From Pseudomonas aeruginosa (GTDB lineage: Bacteria; Pseudomonadota; Gammaproteobacteria; Pseudomonadales; Pseudomonadaceae), in the NCBI RefSeq assembly GCF_001457615.1, contig NZ_LN831024.1, forward strand, positions 780,001 through 812,000: DNA of 32,000 nt, given 5' to 3'. Of this stretch, positions 26,565 through 32,000 are shown piece by piece. The translations under genes were made by a program, and so were the position numbers. How positions within the stretch are numbered: position 1 is the stretch's first letter; every line of letters begins with the position of its first letter. Below the pieces are notes generated by a model that saw only the letters and a list, made by a program, of their open reading frames with translations, searched no databases and was not told the origin of the DNA.

Positions 26565-27884
26565 CTAGCTTTCTCTACCTGCTCGATACTGCCCCCACCT
26601 CAGGTTGAGGTTCACGCCAAGGGAAAGGAGTGGTTCGGGTGGATTGCCGCTGGGACCGGGCGCGCGCAGCAGGAAGTCGATCAGCTCGTTGCGTTCGCCC
26701 GCCAGCCAGTCGGCCAGCAGCTTCCCGGTGACGGTCCCGCGGGTTACCCCCAGGCCGTTGCAGCACAGGGCGCCATAGACGTTGGGCGCCAGCTCGCCGA
26801 AGTGCCCCATGTGGTTCCTCGACAGCGCCAGCGAGCCGCCCCAGGTGTAGTCGAAGCCGACTTCCGGGAGCATCGGGAAGCGCTGGCGGAACGAGGCGCG
26901 ATGGCGTACGGCGAAGCGCTCAAGGTACTTCCCGGCGCTGCGTCCGTCAGGGTTGAAGCTGAAGCTGTTGCGGATCAGCAGGCGGTTGTCCGGGGTACGC
27001 CTCACCGTGGTGCCGTAAGGGTCGGCCGGGATCAGGCCCCAGTAGGGGCGCCCGCCGAGGCGGGCCTGCTCCTCGGCATCGAGCGGCCGGGTCAGGCTGG
27101 CGTAGGTGAAGATCGGCAGCATCCGCCCCTGGAGGAAGCCGAAGCTCATGCCGAAGGCGTTGTTGGCGAGGACCAGGCGGTCGGCCAGGATGCTGCCGTG
27201 GGGATGGCTCAGCAGGGTCCTGTCGCCATATTCCACGGCGGTGATCGGTGTGTGTTCGTAGAGGCTGACGTTGCCCGGCAGGCTGTCGGCCAGGCCCTTG
27301 ACCAGGGCCGAGGGCTGCACCAGCAGGGTACCGGGGGTGAACAGGGCCTTGCGATAGAAAGCGGTGCCGATGTGTCCCGGGAGGTCGTCCGCCTCGATCA
27401 CCTCGTAGGCCTGGCCGAGCCGATCGAGGCCGCGCCGGTAGGCGTCGAGCACAGCCACGCCGCGCGCCTCGACGGCCGCCTGGTACTTGCCGCAGGCCTT
27501 CATCTGGCAGTCGATGGCATGGCGCTGCACCTGTTCGCGGAGCAGCGACTGGCCGGCGAGATTGAGCTTCAGGCCGATCCGGGCGGTCGCTATGTCGCCG
27601 ATGTAGTCGTCGGCGCCGATGTCGTGGGGCAGGTCGATGGCGAAGCCGGCGTTGCGCCCGGCGGTACCGAAGCCGACTTCCTGGGCCTCGACCAGGACGA
27701 TCTCCTCGTCGGGAAAATGCAGCGCCAGCTGGCGCGCGGCGGCGAGGCCGGTGAAGCCGGCGCCGACCACCACCCAACGGGCGGCGCTCCTGCCGTAGTG
27801 GGCCGGCTTCGGCCGCCGCGGCGGGCTGAGGTGATACCAGCCGCAGGAACGGTCGTCGGCCGGAAGGTGGGTTACTTTCGTCAT
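26565..27884 (-). CDS. DAO-family FAD-dependent oxidoreductase (PuuB / sarcosine-oxidase-beta-like fold), 439 aa
   Basis: Start chosen at ATG 27884 (MTKVTHLPADDRSCGWYH...). The track's 667-aa ORF continues upstream into the GntR gene in another frame. Dinucleotide fold RWVVVGAGFTGLAAARQLA ... VLVEAQEVGFGTAGRNAG. The RBS is weak, so the start is moderately uncertain. Confidence 0.8.
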   Translation of the reverse strand: MTKVTHLPADDRSCGWYHLSPPRRPKPAHYGRSAARWVVVGAGFTGLAAARQLALHFPDEEIVLVEAQEVGFGTAGRNAGFAIDLPHDIGADDYIGDIATARIGLKLNLAGQSLLREQVQRHAIDCQMKACGKYQAAVEARGVAVLDAYRRGLDRLGQAYEVIEADDLPGHIGTAFYRKALFTPGTLLVQPSALVKGLADSLPGNVSLYEHTPITAVEYGDRTLLSHPHGSILADRLVLANNAFGMSFGFLQGRMLPIFTYASLTRPLDAEEQARLGGRPYWGLIPADPYGTTVRRTPDNRLLIRNSFSFNPDGRSAGKYLERFAVRHRASFRQRFPMLPEVGFDYTWGGSLALSRNHMGHFGELAPNVYGALCCNGLGVTRGTVTGKLLADWLAGERNELIDFLLRAPGPSGNPPEPLLSLGVNLNLRWGQYRAGRES

Positions 27885-27976
27885 CGCAGGGACCTGACTC
27901 TTGTTATTGGAACCCGGTAACCATCCCCTGCGTGACCGCCTCCGCTTCTCGGGCGGGGCCGTGGCGCGGGGGCTCG

Positions 27977-28726
27977 CTAACCCTCGTAGACCAGCGCCAC
28001 CTCCACTCCGGCCGGTGCCGCATACTCGGCCATGCGCCGGCGCGACAGCTCGAAATGCGCACGGACGATGTCCGCCGCCGCATCCGGATCGCGCCGCTGG
28101 ATGGCATCGACGATCTGGTCGTGCTGGTCGCAGGCGAGTTCCAGGTCGCGTTGCATGTCGTCGGTGGTCGGATGGCGGTAGAAGATCTTGCCCAGCCGCG
28201 CATGGTCGATCAGCAAGCGGCGCAGGCTCGGCATGAGGTAGTCGTTGTGGGCCATCCTGCCGATCTCCAGGTGGAAGGCGTCGTTGTGGATGACGCGGTT
28301 TTCCACATGCTTCTCTTCGATGGCCTTGCGGAAATCTTCCTGGATCGCCTTGAGCGTCTCGATCTCCGCTTCGCTGGCATGGGTGGCCGCCAGTTGCGTG
28401 GTGGCGATGTAGATCAGCGGCGCGGCGAGAAAGAAGGCGTGCAGCGAGTCGTGGCTCATGGCCGCGACGCGCGGCGCACGGTTGGCTTCCAGTTCGATGT
28501 AGCCCTCGGCGGCGATCTGCCGCAGCAGTTCGCGCACCGGCGGGCGCGAGAGGCCGAACTCGTCGCACAGGGCGAGTTCGTCGACGACCGCGCCGGGCGC
28601 CAGTTCCATGCTCAGGATCCGCCGGCGCAGCGCATCGCCCAGCACCGCCTTGCGGTCGAAGGGGGCATCGGCGCTGTTCGAGTCGACGTCGGGTTGGGCT
28701 TTCATGGAGGCCTTTCTACTTGTCAT
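27977..28726 (-). CDS. GntR-family (FadR/FCD subfamily) transcriptional regulator, 249 aa (242 aa if started at ATG 28705)
   Basis: Winged HTH LCDEFGLSRPPVRELLRQIAAEGYIE with a helical FCD-like C-terminal domain. The second ATG (28705) has the better RBS (GAAAGG, 5 nt upstream). Confidence 0.85.
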   Translation of the reverse strand: MTSRKASMKAQPDVDSNSADAPFDRKAVLGDALRRRILSMELAPGAVVDELALCDEFGLSRPPVRELLRQIAAEGYIELEANRAPRVAAMSHDSLHAFFLAAPLIYIATTQLAATHASEAEIETLKAIQEDFRKAIEEKHVENRVIHNDAFHLEIGRMAHNDYLMPSLRRLLIDHARLGKIFYRHPTTDDMQRDLELACDQHDQIVDAIQRRDPDAAADIVRAHFELSRRRMAEYAAPAGVEVALVYEG

Positions 28727-28732
28727 GGGCTT

Positions 28733-28784
28733 TGTCTACAGTTTGTATAATGACTATAGGGTTCTGTTAGACAATATGTCTACA
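28733..28784. promoter_or_regulatory. Candidate GntR operator set overlapping the regulator's own promoter
   Basis: The half-site TGTCTA occurs three times: 28733-28738, inverted as TAGACA at 28768-28773, and 28777-28782. This gives the perfect palindrome TAGACA-ATA-TGTCTA (28768-28782) and a 9-mer direct repeat TGTCTACAG. Minus-strand promoter: TAGACA (28782-28777), 18 nt, TATAGT (28758-28753). Confidence 0.55.
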
Positions 28785-28984
28785 GGTTTTCGGGGCGTCT
28801 CCGCACCGTTCGTCCGCGCTGTTTCCGCTGACGCCGTGGCGTGTGAAAGGGGCAGCCCCCCGAGGGCGTATTTGAGCACATTCCCCCGGCGCGCCAGGGA
28901 GGCGCCAAGTCACATGGCTTGCGCATATGATGGAGCGCCCGGGGTTTTCGCCGTGACGGCAGGCGTCGCGGCCCGCTGGCCGGG

Positions 28985-29002
28985 AACAAGAAGAACAAGA
29001 GG
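28985..29002 (+). promoter_or_regulatory. (AAN)5 A-rich tract overlapping the souR Shine-Dalgarno region (candidate Hfq/Crc site)
   Basis: AAC AAG AAG AAC AAG AGG (28985-29002), ending 9 nt before ATG 29012. It also reads as the tandem GAACAAGA-A-GAACAAGA (28984-29000). It satisfies the AAnAAnAA catabolite-repression motif in several registers. Confidence 0.5.
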
Positions 29003-29011
29003 CACGAATCG

Positions 29012-30034
29012 ATGGAAAGAAGGCGTTTCAGCGCCGCCCTGCAAGGGCAGAACCTCAGGTTCACCGGGGCCGGGGAGGGGGGCTCGGCACGGGCGCGGGT
29101 GGGCTTCCTGCTGCTCGAACACTTTTCCCTGCCGGCCTTCACCCAGGCGCTGGACACCCTGGTGACCGCCAACCTGATCCGCAGCGAGTCCTTCGCGGTG
29201 AGCAACTTCAGCCTGAGCGGCGAGCCGGTGACCAGCGACCTCGGGTTGCTGATCTGCCCGGACCTGGCGCTCGCCTCGGCGGCGTTGCAAGGACTCGACC
29301 TGCTGGTGGTCTGCGGCGGTTTGCGCACGCCCCTGCGCTCGTCCGCCGCGCTGCGGGAAGCGTTGCAGGACGTGGCGTCGCGCGGCGTCGCCCTGGCCGG
29401 GCTGTGGAACGGTGCCTGGTTCCTCGGCGACGCCGGCCTGCTGGATGGCTACCGCTGCTGCATCCATCCCGAGCACCGCGCCGCCCTCGCCGAGATCGCC
29501 CGCAACAGCCAGGTGACCAGCGACAGCTATATGGTCGACCGCGACCGCCTGACCGCGGCCAGCCCCACCGGCGCCTTCAACCTGGCGCTGGAGTGGATCG
29601 CCCGGCGCCACGGGCGCGACCTGGTGGAGGCGGTGGTGGATATCCTCGCCTTCGAGGAGTCGCGCTACCGGCGGGTGCGCCCCGCCCTGCACGAGAAGAT
29701 GAGCGAGCCGCTGCGCGAAGTGATCAACCTGATGTCGGCGAATATCGAGGAACCGCTCAGCCAGGAGCAGCTCGCCCACTACGTGGGGCGCTCGCGGCGG
29801 CAGATCGAGCGATTGTTCCAGCAGCAGCTCGGAACCACGCCGGTGCGCTACTACCTGGAGTTGCGGATCATCGAGTGCCGGCGCCTGCTGCAACATTCCG
29901 ACCTGACCATGCTGGAGGTCCTGGTCGCCTGCGGCTTCGTCTCGCCCAGCCACTTCAGCAAGTGCTACACCGCCTTCTACGGCTACCCGCCGTCGAAAGA
30001 AGTGCGCTACGGCAACGTCCGCTCGACGAAATGA
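29012..30034 (+). CDS. souR: AraC-family regulator with an N-terminal DJ-1/PfpI (GATase-1-like) domain, 340 aa
   Basis: GlxA-type architecture: DLLVVCGG ... GLWNGAWFLGDAGLLDGYRCCIHPEH, followed by the AraC HTH (LAHYVGRSRRQIERLF ... GFVSPSHFSKCYTAFYGYPPS). Its position matches my recollection of PA4184 (sarcosine regulator SouR). Confidence 0.8.
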   Translation: MERRRFSAALQGQNLRFTGAGEGGSARARVGFLLLEHFSLPAFTQALDTLVTANLIRSESFAVSNFSLSGEPVTSDLGLLICPDLALASAALQGLDLLVVCGGLRTPLRSSAALREALQDVASRGVALAGLWNGAWFLGDAGLLDGYRCCIHPEHRAALAEIARNSQVTSDSYMVDRDRLTAASPTGAFNLALEWIARRHGRDLVEAVVDILAFEESRYRRVRPALHEKMSEPLREVINLMSANIEEPLSQEQLAHYVGRSRRQIERLFQQQLGTTPVRYYLELRIIECRRLLQHSDLTMLEVLVACGFVSPSHFSKCYTAFYGYPPSKEVRYGNVRSTK

Positions 30035-30104
30035 GGGCGTTCCGCCGGACGCGGCCGGCATGCTAGAACGGACCTTTCGCCCTGGCCTGCGGAGGTCCTG
30101 CGCC

Positions 30105-30527
30105 ATGTCCCAGCCTTTTCTCTGGCGTCGCGTCAACGACTCGTCCGGTTTCGCCGAGCCGCGGGTGTTCATCCGTGTCTACCTGGAACCGGGCAGCATC
30201 GATGCGGCCATCGCTTTCTACGAAGACCTGCAGGGCGTCGCCCACGACATGCGCTTCGACTTTCCCGAGAAACGCCTGACACTCGCCGCGGTCGGCGCCT
30301 TCCTCCTGCTGGAGGGCAGCGACGAGGCGCTGGCGCCGTTCCGCAGCACCACCGGCACCCTGCTGGTGGACGACATCGAGCCCTATCACCGGCGGTTGCT
30401 GGCCGCCGGTGCGCAGATCATCTTCGGGCCGGCGCGCGCGCCCACCGGCGCCTGCTTCAATGCGCTGCTGCCGGACGGCACGGTGGTCGAGTTCGTCCAC
30501 CACCGGCCGCAGCCGGGCGAGGCCTGA
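30105..30527 (+). CDS. VOC (glyoxalase/bleomycin-resistance fold) family protein, 140 aa (155 aa if started at ATG 30060)
   Basis: ATG 30105 lies 9 nt after GGAGG. The beta-alpha-beta-beta-beta-like sequence (VFIRVYLEPGSIDAAIAFYEDL ... GTLLVDDIEPYHRRLLAAGAQIIFGP) is suggestive only. Confidence 0.65.
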   Translation: MSQPFLWRRVNDSSGFAEPRVFIRVYLEPGSIDAAIAFYEDLQGVAHDMRFDFPEKRLTLAAVGAFLLLEGSDEALAPFRSTTGTLLVDDIEPYHRRLLAAGAQIIFGPARAPTGACFNALLPDGTVVEFVHHRPQPGEA

Positions 30528-30530
30528 ACC

Positions 30531-31169
30531 TCAGCCCTCGCGCCGGGCGGCGCAATCGTCCATGGCCGCGCCGATCGCCTGTTCGCCGCGGGCCAGCAGC
30601 GCTGCGCTGGCGCCGCGGATATCGCGGGCTTCCTTGTTCTGGCTGAGCTTGAACTTGCCGACCAGGCGGGTGATCTCGATTTCGATGCCGACGATCAGCC
30701 GGAGCATCTCGTCGATGTAGTCGGCGGGGCCGTCGGTCATTTTCCAGGGCGTTTCCTGGGTCGCCTCGTGGGTGCGGGTCAGGCGCGCCACCAGGCCGCG
30801 CACATAGCGTTCGTCGTCGCGGATCCGCACCCGGCCGTGGGCGTGGACCACCCGGTAGTTCCAGGTCGGCACCTGGCGGTGGTGCTCCTGCTTGCTCGGG
30901 TACCACTGCGGCGAGATGTAGGCATCGCCGGCGCGGAACACCACCAGCACCTCGTCGCCGTCGCGCAGCTCGCTCCAAACCGGGTTGTTGCGCGCGACAT
31001 GGGCTTCCAGGGTGCCTTGCGCGCCCTTTTCCGGGCTCAGCTCGAACGGCAGGTGGTTGGCGTCCAGGCCCGCTTCGCCGTGGCTGACCAGCAGGCCCAG
31101 CGGATAGTCCCGGATCAGCGCGTGCAGCGCCTGCGGGTCGGACTCTTCGAAATGCGAAGGCAGGTACAT
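30531..31169 (-). CDS. PaiB-like FMN-binding (split-barrel) putative transcriptional regulator, 212 aa
   Basis: The N-terminus MYLPSHFEESDPQALHALIRDYPLGLL and the C-terminal KFKLSQNK motif are typical of the PaiB/FMN_bind_2 family. Confidence 0.8.
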   Translation of the reverse strand: MYLPSHFEESDPQALHALIRDYPLGLLVSHGEAGLDANHLPFELSPEKGAQGTLEAHVARNNPVWSELRDGDEVLVVFRAGDAYISPQWYPSKQEHHRQVPTWNYRVVHAHGRVRIRDDERYVRGLVARLTRTHEATQETPWKMTDGPADYIDEMLRLIVGIEIEITRLVGKFKLSQNKEARDIRGASAALLARGEQAIGAAMDDCAARREG

Positions 31170-31196
31170 GTTCTGTTCTCCTCGGGGACTCGGCCC

Positions 31197-31916
31197 TTAT
31201 ACGCTGTCGGTGGGTTCCGTCGCCACGCACAGCAGGCGCGAGTCGGCGCGCATGCCGGGCATCATCAGGCGCAATTCGTCGAGCAGCAGGCCGCCCGCTT
31301 CGTGCAGGGCCGCCAGCGGCATTTCCGGCAGGCTCTCGAGGATGAACCACATGCGCTGGGCGCTGGCGTCCAGGCGGGTGCGCACGCCCTGGCGCCAGTT
31401 CCAGCGGCGGCAGGTGACGCCGAGGTCGTCGCGCCAGACCACCTCGCCGGGGTCGGGGGATTCGTCGACCGCCTCGCCGTTCTTCAGGGTGTCGAAGGTC
31501 TCGCTGCCGTCGGCGACCACCAGGCGCGGCGTGCCGGCATAGGCGGCGAGGTTCTCGCCGCCTACCGGAATGGCGAATTGCACGCTGATGGCGTTGTACA
31601 GGTCCACCACCGGGTCGATGCTCGGCAGCCCACCGTCGCGCAGCGCACGCTTGCGCAGGGCTTCGGCGGAGCAGGGGGTGCGCTGCGGCTTGGCGCCGAA
31701 GCGGCGGAACGCCTCGGCCCAGGCTGCCAGGTGCGCCTCGGCCCAGTCCGGTTCGCCACGCGCCAGCGCCTGGCAGGCGCGCTCTACGGCGCGGTCGGCG
31801 ATTTCCGGACGAACGATCGGCGCCGCCTCGACGGTGAGGCTCAGGGCGCGGAAACCGGGGGCGAGGGCGGCCACCTCGGCGGCGATGACGGGGAGGATCG
31901 GGGCGTGCTCGGGCAT
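31197..31916 (-). CDS. B3/B4 tRNA-binding-domain protein (PheT-related), 239 aa
   Basis: The central segment LPSIDPVVDLYNAISVQFAIPVGGENL resembles the B3_4 domain core. It lies 27 nt upstream of the PaiB-like gene on the same strand. Family assignment is from memory. Confidence 0.6.
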   Translation of the reverse strand: MPEHAPILPVIAAEVAALAPGFRALSLTVEAAPIVRPEIADRAVERACQALARGEPDWAEAHLAAWAEAFRRFGAKPQRTPCSAEALRKRALRDGGLPSIDPVVDLYNAISVQFAIPVGGENLAAYAGTPRLVVADGSETFDTLKNGEAVDESPDPGEVVWRDDLGVTCRRWNWRQGVRTRLDASAQRMWFILESLPEMPLAALHEAGGLLLDELRLMMPGMRADSRLLCVATEPTDSV

Positions 31917-32000
31917 GGTCGTCTTCAGGGTTCGGTGAGATGGAGGGGGCGGGGCATTCGGCTTGGCCGGCGCGTAAAGCGGTAGGTGGATTTTCTACCA

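Noticed and set aside
27885-28568. Upstream 228-codon extension making the FAD oxidoreductase a 667-aa protein
   Set aside because: The extension overlaps the GntR regulator gene in another frame and is Arg/Pro-rich. The dinucleotide-binding fold begins shortly after MTKVTH at 27884.
28910-30172. 420-aa minus-strand ORF antisense to souR; also the 220-aa plus alternate frame (29404-30066)
   Set aside because: No motifs and low complexity. The plus-frame ORF at 29012 has the clear DJ-1/PfpI plus AraC-HTH architecture.

Overview
This is a high-GC chromosomal window with strong G/C third-position bias. Gene order and protein N-termini match, from memory, the Pseudomonas aeruginosa core segment PA4207 to PA4181, reverse-complemented relative to PAO1 numbering. 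I could not run a search to confirm this.

Contents, left to right:
- mexI (5' part), mexH and mexG of the mexGHI-opmD RND efflux operon, with a directly readable SoxR-type promoter.
- REP elements, then ppgL, nmoR/nmoA, ddlA and an MBL-fold hydrolase.
- An acyl-CoA synthetase / long acyl-CoA dehydrogenase pair.
- The bfiS/bfiR two-component system.
- A polar-amino-acid ABC transporter operon that ends in a 2OG-Fe(II) oxygenase.
- pqsL.
- A five-gene same-strand cassette of unassigned substrate: GntR regulator, DAO-family FAD oxidoreductase, MFS transporter, DHDPS-family enzyme and aldehyde dehydrogenase.
- souR (AraC/GATase-1 type), a VOC-fold protein, a PaiB-like protein and a B3/4-domain protein.

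I saw no rRNA, tRNA, CRISPR array, transposase, integrase, phage or recognisable defence genes. I do not claim a novel system.

The least explained signals are:
- the unassigned catabolic cassette upstream of pqsL and its TGTCTA-type operator;
- an (AAN)5 tract on the souR ribosome-binding region;
- the oxygenase attached to the ABC transporter operon;
- AACCAT-type inverted repeats in the AT-rich promoters flanking bfiSR;
- a G-quadruplex-capable block upstream of the mexG promoter.

Many long ORFs in the supplied track are antisense or alternate-frame shadows typical of GC-rich DNA.
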